From positions 4,090-68,089 of IMG/VR virus record IMGVR_UViG_3300032335_000935: DNA of 64,000 nucleotides; one strand, 5' to 3'. This stretch comes from a virus. A program made the translations under genes and the position numbers. The notes beneath the pieces are model-generated. The model saw only the letters and a program-made list of their open reading frames with translations. It was not told the DNA's origin and ran no database searches. How positions within the stretch are numbered: the first letter of the stretch is position 1; the number at the start of each line of letters is the position of its first letter. Of this stretch, positions 44,126-53,753 are shown in pieces.

Positions 44126-44198
44126 CTCGCCATAGTTCAACTGGATAGAACCACTGCCTCCTAAGCAGTAGATCCAGGTTCAAGTCCTGGTGGCGAGA
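44126..44198 (+). tRNA. tRNA-Arg (CCT)
   Basis: acceptor ctcgcca/tggcgag, D gttc/gaac, anticodon actgc/gcagt loop ctCCTaa, T-arm ccagg-ttcaagt-cctgg, CCA. Confidence 0.8.
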
Positions 44199-44336
44199 CC
44201 ATTGACAAAAGCAATTATCAACATAAAAATAATTTCAGTAGAAACCATGAGATTCTCTTGATTTCCATGATACATACTGTTACAATACATGCACAGTGGC
44301 AAACACTGAACCATTTCATTTTTAACAGGAGATAAT

Positions 44337-44897
44337 ATGAAAACAGTTGGTGATAAATTAACAGCATTTGCAATCACAGGCGTCAAGCCCGGACAACCAG
44401 AAGACGCCTTCTATACAATTACAGAAAAGAGTTTTGAAGGCAAGTGGAAAGTAATCGTTTACTATCCAAAAGACTTTACATTTGTGTGCCCTACTGAAAT
44501 TGTGGCCTACGATAAGTTGGCACAAGACTTTGCTGATCGTGACGCAGTGCTGCTCACAGGATCAACAGACAATGAGTTCTGCAAAGTGGCATGGCAAAAG
44601 AGCCACGATGACTTGCGTAAAATCACACACCATCAATTTGCTGACACTGCTCGTCACGGACCTGGCGAAGAACGTGGCAGTGTTAGTTTGATTGAACAGT
44701 TGGGCGTGTTCTATGCTCCAGCCGGTGCAGCACTTCGTGCCACATTCATTGTTGACCCAGACAACGTGATCCAGCACGTTACTGTCAACAACTTGAACGT
44801 GGGTCGTAGTCCAGAAGAAACACTCCGTGTTCTTGATGCGTTACAAACTGGTGAACTGTGTGCTTGCAACCGCACAGTGGGCGGCGAGACACTGTAA
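44337..44897 (+). CDS. ahpC: peroxiredoxin (AhpC/TSA family)
   Basis: KDFTFVCPTEI peroxidatic-Cys motif, thioredoxin-fold length; RBS AGGAGA. Confidence 0.85.
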   Translation: MKTVGDKLTAFAITGVKPGQPEDAFYTITEKSFEGKWKVIVYYPKDFTFVCPTEIVAYDKLAQDFADRDAVLLTGSTDNEFCKVAWQKSHDDLRKITHHQFADTARHGPGEERGSVSLIEQLGVFYAPAGAALRATFIVDPDNVIQHVTVNNLNVGRSPEETLRVLDALQTGELCACNRTVGGETL

Positions 44898-45073
44898 TGG
44901 CAAAGCTTCAACGAGGTATCGACACGCTACGACAACCTGATCGTAATCCTAGATGTTATGAAATGACAGAACAGGAACGACTGGATCGTATTCGTGAATG
45001 GAATAACCGTAATGTTTGGAACACCCCTGAACTAGCCGAAGAAGATGAACTAAACTTCTATCAAGGAGCATGA
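44897..45073 (+). CDS. hypothetical small protein
   Basis: TAATG overlap start. Confidence 0.3.
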   Translation: MAKLQRGIDTLRQPDRNPRCYEMTEQERLDRIREWNNRNVWNTPELAEEDELNFYQGA

Positions 45074-45075
45074 CT

Positions 45076-45162
45076 ATGAGTACCAATGAAATTATTTTTG
45101 CTGTTATCATGGTGGCCGTAGTAGGAATAGTACTATGGGACATGCACAGTAATAAGGAATAA
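45076..45162 (+). CDS. hypothetical 28-aa single-TM peptide
   Basis: RBS GGAG; MSTNEIIFAVIMVAVVGIVLWDMHSNKE. Confidence 0.25.
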   Translation: MSTNEIIFAVIMVAVVGIVLWDMHSNKE

Positions 45163-45164
45163 CA

Positions 45165-45788
45165 ATGTTAGAAACCATTTGCGATACCTTGGTTGAAGCG
45201 TATAGACGCAACTGGATTACCAGTCGTGATGGCAATGTGAGTATTCGTCATCACGATCGGGATCACTTTTACATCACTCCCTCGGGAGTTCGCAAACAGA
45301 CCATGCAACCTGATCAATTTAAAAAGATCAGAGTTGTTAGCAGTCTAATGTGGGCCGAAGAATTCTACACAGACATCAGTGCTAACCTAAAGCCCAGTGG
45401 GGAGATTCCATTACATTTTGGTTTGCAAAAGAACATGGGCCAACACTCCAACGATGTCAGAGTGGTAGTGCACCTACATCCTACATATTGTGTTGCTGCC
45501 ATGCATCGTGGAATTGAATTGAGCAGTCTTGCTGACAGCTTTCCAGAACTCAGTCGCTACACAAAGGTAGCACCCAATGTAGGTGATGTTGCTCCTATCA
45601 GTCAAGAGCTTGCAGATCGTTGTCACGAGAACTTGCAGTTAGATCATTATGGCAACATTGCATACGATATTGTGGGCATCAAAGGACACGGTGTTGTGGC
45701 CATTGATACCTCGCCATGGCGTGCGTTTGAACACATCGAACGATTGGAACACATTTGCCAAATCGTTCTAGCATCAGGGAAATATTAA
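45165..45788 (+). CDS. class-II aldolase/adducin-family protein (MtnB-like)
   Basis: GNVSIRHH, ITPSGV, VVVHLHPTY segments typical of class-II aldolase fold (HxH zinc ligands). Confidence 0.55.
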   Translation: MLETICDTLVEAYRRNWITSRDGNVSIRHHDRDHFYITPSGVRKQTMQPDQFKKIRVVSSLMWAEEFYTDISANLKPSGEIPLHFGLQKNMGQHSNDVRVVVHLHPTYCVAAMHRGIELSSLADSFPELSRYTKVAPNVGDVAPISQELADRCHENLQLDHYGNIAYDIVGIKGHGVVAIDTSPWRAFEHIERLEHICQIVLASGKY

Positions 45789-45789
45789 A

Positions 45790-46203
45790 ATGTTAGAATG
45801 CATGATCATTGGTGATAGCATTGCAGTAGGCACAGCCATGGCTAGACCAGAATGTGTTGCTTACGCCAAAGGTGGCTGGAACAGTTGGCAATGGAACAAA
45901 GATTATTTGGCCAAAGCAACAGCACAACCTGCAAGAACCGTAATCATCAGTTTAGGCGCCAATGACCACAAAGGTGTCAAGACTGAGTTTGAGTTGCGTA
46001 AAATGCGCGAAGCAGTTCGGGGTCAGCGTGTGTTCTGGATTGATCCCGGCCGGGATCGCAAGCCTGTGCCACACGATGCTATTGTAAAAATTGCACAAGA
46101 GTACGGAGATACAATTTTGCCTCGTCCCCGAGATCATATGAGTGCTGATGGCATTCATCCTACTGGCCGAGGTTACAAAATTTTAGGAGAACAAACAAAA
46201 TGA
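45790..46203 (+). CDS. SGNH/GDSL hydrolase (small, 137 aa)
   Basis: MIIGDSIAVG (GDS block I), ADGIHPTGRG (DxxH block V). Confidence 0.65.
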   Translation: MLECMIIGDSIAVGTAMARPECVAYAKGGWNSWQWNKDYLAKATAQPARTVIISLGANDHKGVKTEFELRKMREAVRGQRVFWIDPGRDRKPVPHDAIVKIAQEYGDTILPRPRDHMSADGIHPTGRGYKILGEQTK

Positions 46204-46715
46204 CTCATTGGGTAGATCAACTTAAAGAAACAATTCCGGACTACGCAAAGGATGCTCGACTCAACATTGACGCTGTGATCAAGCGCAGTACTATTCCTGC
46301 AGAAGAAGCCGAAGCTGTGGCCTTGGCCGCTGCCTTTGCCACTGGCAACACCAAGTTCTGGACGTGGTTGCACAGTGTTGTGGCCAACCGTGTGGAGGCC
46401 GACGCTGCTGTCACTGCTGGTTCAATCATGGCCCAAAACAACGTATGGTATCCGTTTGTTGAAATGGCTGATGACGAACAGCTCAAGGGTTTACCAGCAC
46501 AGTTGCGCATGAATGCCATTGCCAGCCATGGCGGTACTACTCGAGCTCGGTTTGAAGCCTACAGCTTGGCCGCAAGTATTGTTGGCAAGTGTCATTTCTG
46601 CGTAAAAGCACACTACGACACACTAAAGAAGGAAGGTTATTCAGTAGAGCAATTGCGTGACATCGGACGTATTGCCGCAGTGATTACCTCAGTGAGCCGA
46701 GTGCTGGCTAGCTGA
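46200..46715 (+). CDS. ahpD: alkylhydroperoxidase AhpD-family / carboxymuconolactone decarboxylase-like protein
   Basis: GKCHFCVKAH = CxxC..H AhpD core motif; ATGA coupling; downstream of ahpC with one gene between. Confidence 0.7.
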   Translation: MTHWVDQLKETIPDYAKDARLNIDAVIKRSTIPAEEAEAVALAAAFATGNTKFWTWLHSVVANRVEADAAVTAGSIMAQNNVWYPFVEMADDEQLKGLPAQLRMNAIASHGGTTRARFEAYSLAASIVGKCHFCVKAHYDTLKKEGYSVEQLRDIGRIAAVITSVSRVLAS

Positions 46716-46865
46716 ACCACTGTTGTTTGACAGCTACCCAGATCTTGGCAACAAGATCCGGGTTTATCTTTGGGCGTCCCAACATCCATTGATTTAGAAT
46801 TCTAAATTAAGCGTCTGTGCCCAAAACAGTATTCCACAAAAAACTTGATCATGCTCATACCGTAT

Positions 46866-46895
46866 ATATACTGGGTTGACAACACCACACAACTT
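46866..46895 (+). promoter_or_regulatory. sigma70-like promoter TTGACA-N18-TATAAT
   Basis: ttgaca 46866-46871, tataat 46890-46895. Confidence 0.5.
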
Positions 46896-46928
46896 CGTGT
46901 ATAATACAATTTTTGTCAAGGAGCAACC

Positions 46929-47189
46929 ATGAACACCCAAGATGACAGCACTCTCCGACTCACCAGCGAATTAGCTGTGGCACAAATTGGTAACCGATAT
47001 GACACTGTGTTGGTGGCCGCACAACGACTGCGCGAACTGCGTCGTGGTGATGCAGCCTTGGTACCTTGCCGTGAAGGCAAAGTAACCACAGTGTTGAAAG
47101 AAATTGAACAGGGACTGGTAGGGCGCGAATACCTGTTGAAGAATCATGGTCGCGAACATCGCAGCCATAAACATCAAGGAACAAAATGA
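46929..47189 (+). CDS. rpoZ: RNA polymerase omega subunit-like protein
   Basis: [31 protein letters not shown]...[12 protein letters not shown] closely follows RpoZ core (IGNRFDLVLVAARRARQ...PLVP...A..EI..G). Confidence 0.65.
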   Translation: MNTQDDSTLRLTSELAVAQIGNRYDTVLVAAQRLRELRRGDAALVPCREGKVTTVLKEIEQGLVGREYLLKNHGREHRSHKHQGTK

Positions 47190-48475
47190 CCGATTATCGA
47201 GTAAGAGACATTGAACTAGCGGCCTGGGGTCGCCGTGAAATAGCCATTGCCGAGCACGAAATGCCTGGGCTCATGGCTGTGCGTGAACAATATCGCGACA
47301 GCAAGCCTCTCAAAGGCGCCAAAATTGCTGGTAGTTTGCACATGACTATTCAAACCGCAGTGCTGGTAGAAACCTTAATAGATCTGGGTGCTGAGGTACG
47401 CTGGAGTTCATGCAACATTTTCTCTACTCAGGACCATGCTGCCGCAGCCTTGGCTGCTCGTGGCATTCCAGTATTTGCTTGGAAGGGCGAAACTGAAGAA
47501 GAATACTGGTGGTGCATTGCTCAAACGGTTGAAGGCCCCAACAACTGGCAGCCCAACATGCTGTTGGACGACGGGCATGATCTCACTGCCTATGTGCACG
47601 ACCAGCGTCCAGAACTCTTGCCCGGTATCATTGGGGTAACAGAAGAAACCACCACTGGTATTCACAAACTCTTGGAACGTGTGCGAGCAGGCACTCTTGC
47701 CTTGCCAGCTATCAATGTCAACGATTCAGTGACCAAGACCAAGTTTGACAATCTTTACGGCTGTCGCGAAAGTCTTGTGGATGCCATCAAGCGAGCCACT
47801 GACGTCATGATTGCTGGCAAAGTTGCTGTGGTAGCCGGTTATGGCGATGTGGGCAAAGGATCAGCCCAGGCCTTGCGAGCACTGAGTGCCCAGGTGTGGA
47901 TCACCGAAGTTGATCCTATCTGTGCTCTGCAAGCGGCCATGGAAGGCTATCGCGTGGTAGACATGAACGAAGCCTGTAGAGTAGCCGACATTTTTGTCAC
48001 AGCCACTGGCAACATCAACGTGATTACCAAACAGCACATGTTGCAGATGAAAGAAAATGCCATTGTGTGCAACATTGGTCACTTTGACAGTGAGATTGAC
48101 ATTGCTGGCATTCAAGATGCTGAGTGGACCGAAGTAAAGCCCCTGGTGGACCAAGTCAAACTCAGCAATGGTCGCACCATTATTGTGTTGGCCAAGGGTC
48201 GCTTGGTTAACCTAGGCTGCGGAACTGGCCATCCCAGTTTCGTGATGTCAAACTCTTTCACCAATCAGGTATTGGCACAGATTGAACTGTACACCAATTA
48301 CTGGCAATATCAGCGCGGTCAACTGTATCTATTGCCCAAGCACATTGATGAACATGTGGCACGTCTGCATCTTGCCAAGATTGGTGCAACATTAACCACA
48401 CTGACCGAACAGCAGGCCAACTACATCAGTGTGCCGGTACAAGGCCCGTTCAAGGGCGATGGCTACCGTTATTGA
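47186..48475 (+). CDS. ahcY: S-adenosyl-L-homocysteine hydrolase
   Basis: [31 protein letters not shown]-terminus, NAD-binding GYGDVGKG, 429 aa. Confidence 0.92.
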   Translation: MTDYRVRDIELAAWGRREIAIAEHEMPGLMAVREQYRDSKPLKGAKIAGSLHMTIQTAVLVETLIDLGAEVRWSSCNIFSTQDHAAAALAARGIPVFAWKGETEEEYWWCIAQTVEGPNNWQPNMLLDDGHDLTAYVHDQRPELLPGIIGVTEETTTGIHKLLERVRAGTLALPAINVNDSVTKTKFDNLYGCRESLVDAIKRATDVMIAGKVAVVAGYGDVGKGSAQALRALSAQVWITEVDPICALQAAMEGYRVVDMNEACRVADIFVTATGNINVITKQHMLQMKENAIVCNIGHFDSEIDIAGIQDAEWTEVKPLVDQVKLSNGRTIIVLAKGRLVNLGCGTGHPSFVMSNSFTNQVLAQIELYTNYWQYQRGQLYLLPKHIDEHVARLHLAKIGATLTTLTEQQANYISVPVQGPFKGDGYRY

Positions 48476-48490
48476 TCAGTAAATAACAAC

Positions 48491-49276
48491 ATGCATACAC
48501 CCATTTATCCCGACAGCATGCAGTATCCAGACAACACCATGTTTGACTGGGACGCCAAGAGAGAAGTTGCACCATCGTTGTGGCAGTTAGAAAACTTTCT
48601 CAACGAAGAGTGGTACACTCGCATCAAGAATGATTATCGTAGAACCGAGAGTTTGTGGAGCAGCCGTTACCCCAATCGACTGGTCATGGAGAACAATCAC
48701 TGGCTCAACGCCATTATGTTGGGTGCCGCACTAACACCTTATCTTGAAGAGCTAACAGGCGAACGGTTGAACATGGCCACGGCTCGTGGCTATCTTGATC
48801 TCAGTGGCGCATACTTCTATCCACACTACGACAGTTCACAGTGGGTGGTGAACGTGCAGATCTATCTCACTGACGTAGATCGTGACGAACTGGGAACACA
48901 GTTTATTCTTGACAAAGACATTAACTCTACCATCAAGGAAGAACTAGGCGGTGACAAGATCATGGAACTGGTTCCCGACGAAAAGTACTACACAGTTCCT
49001 TTCCGCCAGAACTGGGGGTATATCAACGATAACCGTGAACGCAAACTGCACAAGACTCGCCCAGTTCCGCCAGCGTTTGCTCGCGAAAGTCTGCACTTCA
49101 ACTATGGTTTGAGACAGGGCAACGAAACTGGTCTAGCTGGGGTGGCTGAATGGGCCATTACTGGTCAAAATCAAGTAATGGAAAACTGGCATCAGGCCAT
49201 GACCAAGCTCAACAGCGTAGACGGACTACGCGAGTGGTTGATTCTCAATACCAATTTTCACGAAGGCGTTGGTTGA
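48491..49276 (+). CDS. hypothetical protein (possible Fe/2OG oxygenase: HYD...)
   Basis: YFYPHYDSSQW (HxD) only; tentative. Confidence 0.35.
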   Translation: MHTPIYPDSMQYPDNTMFDWDAKREVAPSLWQLENFLNEEWYTRIKNDYRRTESLWSSRYPNRLVMENNHWLNAIMLGAALTPYLEELTGERLNMATARGYLDLSGAYFYPHYDSSQWVVNVQIYLTDVDRDELGTQFILDKDINSTIKEELGGDKIMELVPDEKYYTVPFRQNWGYINDNRERKLHKTRPVPPAFARESLHFNYGLRQGNETGLAGVAEWAITGQNQVMENWHQAMTKLNSVDGLREWLILNTNFHEGVG

Positions 49277-49301
49277 CTCAAATTCTCTCTTGTGCTATAA
49301 T
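49273..49301 (+). promoter_or_regulatory. sigma70-like promoter TTGACT-N17-TGcTATAAT
   Basis: ttgact 49273-49278, tataat 49296-49301. Confidence 0.55.
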
Positions 49302-49320
49302 ACAGCATTAGGAGAGAATC

Positions 49321-49800
49321 ATGCCTTGGATTGAAAACGTCGCAGCCGCCGACATTCCCTTGCGGTTTCATCACGAAGCCGGTGCCAACTCAATGCTGAT
49401 CCAGATCATGGATCCCGCACCTAGCTGGTGGCCCACCCCGGCTCATGAGTTCCGGGAGACTCATCGTTTTGAGTTCTTGGACGCCGAAGATGCTGATGGT
49501 TTTTCCGAAGAGGCCAAAATTTCAGATGCTCAAGCCGCAGAAATTGTGGGTTTGCTCCAGCATGCCTTGGCCAATCGCATGAATGTGGTTGTGCACTGCT
49601 ATGCAGGCCTGTGCCGTTCGGGTGCTGTGGCCGAAGTTGGCGTGATGATGGGCTTTGACGACACTGAGCGTACTCGCATACCCAACCTCCGTGTAAAGCA
49701 CAAGCTGATGCGGCAGTTGGGCTGGACTTACGACAGCACTGAAAAGCCCTACGATCATGCCAATGATTGGAGGAATGGCACCATGGGATGGGAGCGATAA
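49321..49800 (+). CDS. Cys-based protein/RNA phosphatase (dual-specificity PTP fold)
   Basis: VVVHCYAGLCRSG = HCx5R(S/T) P-loop. Confidence 0.7.
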   Translation: MPWIENVAAADIPLRFHHEAGANSMLIQIMDPAPSWWPTPAHEFRETHRFEFLDAEDADGFSEEAKISDAQAAEIVGLLQHALANRMNVVVHCYAGLCRSGAVAEVGVMMGFDDTERTRIPNLRVKHKLMRQLGWTYDSTEKPYDHANDWRNGTMGWER

Positions 49801-50267
49801 TGCCACGTTGTTATCAATTGGTGGGAGTTCCGGGTTCGGGCAAAAGCACCTGGGTCCAGAATCAAATATGGGCATTGGGCTTGACCATAGTTTCTACTGA
49901 TGCGTTTGTGGAAGATTATGCAAGAGCACAAGGCAAGACTTATTCTGAAGTGTTTGCGGATTACATGCCCACAGCAGTTGATCTTATGAGCAAAGTTGTT
50001 GTTCATGCTCGAGAACACGGTCATGATATCATTTGGGATCAAACCAGTACCACTGTGGCCAGCCGTGCCAAGAAGTTCCGTATGTTGCCCAACTATGAAC
50101 ATATTGCTGTGGTGTTTCGAACACCTGAGCATACAGAACTCATGCGTCGATTGATGAGCCGCCCTGGCAAAGAGATTCCGGATCATGTCATAGCCAGCAT
50201 GATTGCAAGTTGGGAAGAACCAACCCAAGAAGAAGGCTTTGCAGAAATTTGGATGGCTCAAAACTAA
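49800..50267 (+). CDS. P-loop kinase (AAA_33 / polynucleotide-kinase-like)
   Basis: GVPGSGKST Walker A near N-terminus; TAATG overlap start. Confidence 0.55.
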   Translation: MPRCYQLVGVPGSGKSTWVQNQIWALGLTIVSTDAFVEDYARAQGKTYSEVFADYMPTAVDLMSKVVVHAREHGHDIIWDQTSTTVASRAKKFRMLPNYEHIAVVFRTPEHTELMRRLMSRPGKEIPDHVIASMIASWEEPTQEEGFAEIWMAQN

Positions 50268-50280
50268 TACTTTTTGCTAG

Positions 50281-50309
50281 TTGACCAAATATTGCCAATC
50301 TGCTATAAT
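50281..50309 (+). promoter_or_regulatory. sigma70-like promoter TTGACC-N17-TGcTATAAT
   Basis: ttgacc 50281-50286, tataat 50304-50309. Confidence 0.6.
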
Positions 50310-50333
50310 TAGATATTGAACAAGGAGGCAGAT

Positions 50334-50939
50334 ATGCCAGCAACATTTTTGGTAAGCGACACACATTTTGGCCATGCCGGCGTGTGTCGCTTCACCCACC
50401 CCGATGATGCCACTGTGAAGTTGCGCCCCTGGGACGATCCTGATGAGATGGACGAGGAAATGGTTCGTCGTTGGAACGACCGTGTGCGTCCGTCAGACAA
50501 GGTGTACCATTTGGGCGATGTTGTGATCAACCGCAAGGCCTTGCGCACATTGCATCGCTTGAACGGTGACAAGGTGTTGATCCGTGGTAACCACGACATC
50601 TTCCGTGATGACGAGTACCGCACCTACTTCCGTGAACTTCGTGCGTATCATGTCATGAACGGAATGATCCTTAGCCATATCCCGGTGCACGAGGCATCGT
50701 TGGGTCGCTTTGGTGTTAACATTCACGGACACTTGCACGCCAGTCGTGTCAAGCGGGCACGTGGCATTGACGCTCGCACCGGTACTGTGCTCTACGGCAA
50801 CGACAACGACACTCGATACCACTGTGTGTGCGTGGAACAGACTGATTTTGCCCCGATCTTGTTGGAAGATGTTTACCAGCGTATTCGCAACGAGGGCGGC
50901 GAAATTGGATTCCGTAACGGCAACGGTCCTACTATGTAG
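50334..50939 (+). CDS. calcineurin-like metallophosphoesterase
   Basis: LVSDTHFGH, LGDVV, GNHD, GHLH motif series; RBS AAGGAGG. Confidence 0.75.
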   Translation: MPATFLVSDTHFGHAGVCRFTHPDDATVKLRPWDDPDEMDEEMVRRWNDRVRPSDKVYHLGDVVINRKALRTLHRLNGDKVLIRGNHDIFRDDEYRTYFRELRAYHVMNGMILSHIPVHEASLGRFGVNIHGHLHASRVKRARGIDARTGTVLYGNDNDTRYHCVCVEQTDFAPILLEDVYQRIRNEGGEIGFRNGNGPTM

Positions 50940-50957
50940 TACTTGAGTACTACAAAA

Positions 50958-50986
50958 GCCCTGCAATTATGCGGGGCTTTTTTTGG
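50958..50986 (+). terminator. intrinsic terminator
   Basis: GC-rich hairpin agccc...gggct + ttttttt. Confidence 0.6.
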
Positions 50987-51015
50987 TTGACCAATTATTC
51001 CCGTTTTGCTATAAT
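50987..51015 (+). promoter_or_regulatory. sigma70-like promoter TTGACC-N17-TGcTATAAT
   Basis: ttgacc 50987-50992, tataat 51010-51015. Confidence 0.6.
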
Positions 51016-51045
51016 ATGGATATAGTGAACAACAAGGAGCCCAGC

Positions 51046-51276
51046 ATGGCATACACCGTGATTGCAGACCGTTTTGAAACAGATCTCATGCGGCAAAAAT
51101 ATGGCCCGCGCAAAGGCCTGGAAGGCCCGTTCCGCTATGCTTCGGGTCGTGTGCTGTACTACGATGTCAAAGAAGGTCGGTACTACGATCCCACCACAGA
51201 CTTCTATGTCAGTGACGAGGAAATGGCCCAGGAACATGCCATTTTGGTTCGTCGACTGGTAGATCACGCAAGGTAA
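51046..51276 (+). CDS. hypothetical small protein
   Basis: RBS AAGGAG before ATG 51046. Confidence 0.35.
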   Translation: MAYTVIADRFETDLMRQKYGPRKGLEGPFRYASGRVLYYDVKEGRYYDPTTDFYVSDEEMAQEHAILVRRLVDHAR

Positions 51277-51281
51277 CACCA

Positions 51282-51761
51282 TTGCTTTATTTTGCCTATG
51301 GCATGAACACTAACGTTGACGGCATGGCCCGGCGCTGTCCTCGGGCAGTGAGTTTTGGCCGCGCTCGGCTGTTGGGCCATCGTTTTAGATTTGCTGGACC
51401 AGCCGACGTTCAACGAGATCGTCGCTTCAACGTAGACGGTGTTCTGTGGGATATCACTGATCAGTGCCTGGCTTCGTTGGACCGATTGGAAGGTTATCCT
51501 TTCTACTATGATCGCAAGTGGGCCCGGGTTCAGTATCAAGATCAAATAGTTCAAGCCTTGGTATACTTTATGTTACCCGGACACGGCAATGGTGCACCCG
51601 GCTTTGACTATTTTGACATGGTGTTGCAAGGATACAACGAACATGGTGTGCCCACACATCAACTGTGGCACAATTACAACAGTAAATCAACAAATTGTGA
51701 GTTGACCAATAATTCTCAATTTGCTACAATAGAAGCTGTAAACAACAAGGAGTCACAATGA
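51282..51761 (+). CDS. gamma-glutamyl cyclotransferase-like (AIG2/GGCT fold) protein; apparent TTG start
   Basis: N-terminal LYFAYGMNTN and downstream RL.GY pattern typical of GGCT. Confidence 0.55.
   Translation: MLYFAYGMNTNVDGMARRCPRAVSFGRARLLGHRFRFAGPADVQRDRRFNVDGVLWDITDQCLASLDRLEGYPFYYDRKWARVQYQDQIVQALVYFMLPGHGNGAPGFDYFDMVLQGYNEHGVPTHQLWHNYNSKSTNCELTNNSQFATIEAVNNKESQ
51702..51730 (+). promoter_or_regulatory. sigma70-like promoter TTGACC-N17-TGcTACAAT
   Basis: ttgacc 51702-51707, tacaat 51725-51730. Confidence 0.5.
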
Positions 51762-51980
51762 GCAAGATGAGCGAACTGGTACTAGACATCGAGTACCTCA
51801 TGAACAAAGGTCTCAGCTTCGTTGAGATCGCCCGTGAGCTGGAGATTCCTGTACACTTTGTGGTCGAAGCCGCTGGCTCCCAAGATCTTGAAGAATTCAG
51901 CCCGCATGTGACTGTGAACAGTTGACACATATTTCGTAACCCTGTAAAATACAGACTCTTTAACACTGAAGGACAAGCCC

Positions 51981-53066
51981 ATGTCAGATACTCGCACCGT
52001 GACTTCGCAACAAGCTCGCAAGTCTATTCTCAAAGCATTTCAAGCCAAGCGTCCCTTGTTTTTGTGGGGTCCTCCCGGTATCGGTAAGTCTGAACTGGTG
52101 GAAGGCATCACTGCCGAGCTGAGCGGCTTCATGATTGACCTGCGACTGGGTCAGATGGAGCCCACTGACATTCGTGGCATCCCTTTCTACAACAAGGACA
52201 CCGGCAAGATGGACTGGGCTCCCCCTGTAGAACTGCCCGATGAGGAAACTGCCAGCCAGTATCCCATTGTGGTGCTGTTCTTGGACGAGTTGAACTCGGC
52301 TCCGGCTTCGGTGCAATCGGCTGCATATCAGCTGATCTTGAACCGTCGTGTGGGCAAGTATCGACTGCCTGACAATGTTGTCATGGTGGCTGCTGGTAAC
52401 CGTGAATCGGACAAAGGTGTTACTTACCGCATGCCGACTCCATTGGCAAACCGTTTTATCCACCAAGAGATGAAGGTGGACTTTGCTAGCTGGCAAGAGT
52501 GGGCTGTGATGAATCGTATCCACAAAGACGTGGTGGGTTATTTGAGCTTTGCCAAGCAAGACTTGTACGACTTTGATGCCAAGAGTGCCAGCCGTGCTTT
52601 TGCTACTCCGCGTTCGTGGACCTTTGTGAGCCAGCTCTTGAGCGATGGCACCGCAGACGACGACACTGTGACCAACCTTGTGGCTGGTACTGTGGGCGAA
52701 GGTCTTGCTGTGAAGTTCATGGCTCACCGCAAGGTGGCAGGTCGCATGCCGGACCCTGTGGACATCTTGAAGGGCAAGGTCAAGGATCTCAATGTCAAGG
52801 AAGTGTCGGCTATGTACAGCTTGGTGATTTCCATGTGCTATGAGCTCAAGGCTGCTGTGGAGAACAAGACCCCGGACAAGGAGTTCCATGAAATGGCTGA
52901 TAACTTCCTGGGTTACATGATGAAGAACTTTGAGACCGAGCTCACTGTGATGGGTGCCCGGATTGCGCTGACCACTTATGATCTGCCCTTCCTGCCCACC
53001 AAGATGAAGAACTTTGACGAGTTCCACAATCGCTTTGGCAAGTATATCCTGGCCGCTCAGGCCTAA
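51981..53066 (+). CDS. MoxR-family AAA+ ATPase
   Basis: LFLWGPPGIGKS Walker A, VVLFLDELN Walker B, AAA_5-like length. Confidence 0.85.
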   Translation: MSDTRTVTSQQARKSILKAFQAKRPLFLWGPPGIGKSELVEGITAELSGFMIDLRLGQMEPTDIRGIPFYNKDTGKMDWAPPVELPDEETASQYPIVVLFLDELNSAPASVQSAAYQLILNRRVGKYRLPDNVVMVAAGNRESDKGVTYRMPTPLANRFIHQEMKVDFASWQEWAVMNRIHKDVVGYLSFAKQDLYDFDAKSASRAFATPRSWTFVSQLLSDGTADDDTVTNLVAGTVGEGLAVKFMAHRKVAGRMPDPVDILKGKVKDLNVKEVSAMYSLVISMCYELKAAVENKTPDKEFHEMADNFLGYMMKNFETELTVMGARIALTTYDLPFLPTKMKNFDEFHNRFGKYILAAQA

Positions 53067-53070
53067 CTTG

Positions 53071-53118
53071 CGGGCTGTGCACCACTCAACATGGGCTGTG
53101 GTGCACAGCCCTTTTTTA
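53071..53118 (+). terminator. intrinsic terminator (14-bp perfect stem + T-run)
   Basis: gggctgtgcaccac ... gtggtgcacagccc tttttt. Confidence 0.75.
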
Positions 53119-53125
53119 TTGATCG

Positions 53126-53455
53126 ATGAAATACAAAATCATCAAAATGGATGGTAGGTACACCCGATATGGTTATCTGTACCTAGTAGAGTTCAAAAAA
53201 GACATTGGTCGCGGCACCGGTGTGTTGGACTTTGACCGTTGCCGACGTTGGTTTAACCAACAGTTTGGTTGGAGTCAAGACGTTGAAACTCGAGATCAAA
53301 TGAAACGCAACAAAGTGGCCAATCAAGAGGCCTATCAAGAAGATGACATCAATCCCACATGGGCCTATGCTGTCAAATACGGCGACTATCGCATCTATAT
53401 CGACAGCGACAAAACACTGAGTTGGTTTGTGCTATGCCACCCCGCATCACCGTAA
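53126..53455 (+). CDS. hypothetical protein
   Basis: ORF track. Confidence 0.4.
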   Translation: MKYKIIKMDGRYTRYGYLYLVEFKKDIGRGTGVLDFDRCRRWFNQQFGWSQDVETRDQMKRNKVANQEAYQEDDINPTWAYAVKYGDYRIYIDSDKTLSWFVLCHPASP

Positions 53456-53718
53456 AAAAGAATCTCATCATATTTCACCGGCCTGGTGAGTGGTCAGACG
53501 TGTACGCAAAGATCTTGTCCCAACACGGTATGGGCATGGCCATACGTCCCAAGTTAAAACGCGAGTTGGGGTTTACATATCGTTATCACCGGGGCCTGGC
53601 GCCAGTGGACCACCCAACACCCAATGGTCCCAGCATGCACTACGAAGACCAGGTTCATTTGGATTTTTACAGTGAAAGTGCCCAGAGTTGGTTCCAGCTC
53701 AAGTACCTAAATTTGTAG
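53434..53718 (+). CDS. hypothetical protein
   Basis: in-frame ATG within 53359 ORF. Confidence 0.3.
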   Translation: MPPRITVKKNLIIFHRPGEWSDVYAKILSQHGMGMAIRPKLKRELGFTYRYHRGLAPVDHPTPNGPSMHYEDQVHLDFYSESAQSWFQLKYLNL

Positions 53719-53753
53719 TACTAAAGTGTTGCAAAAATACCACACTTTTTTGG

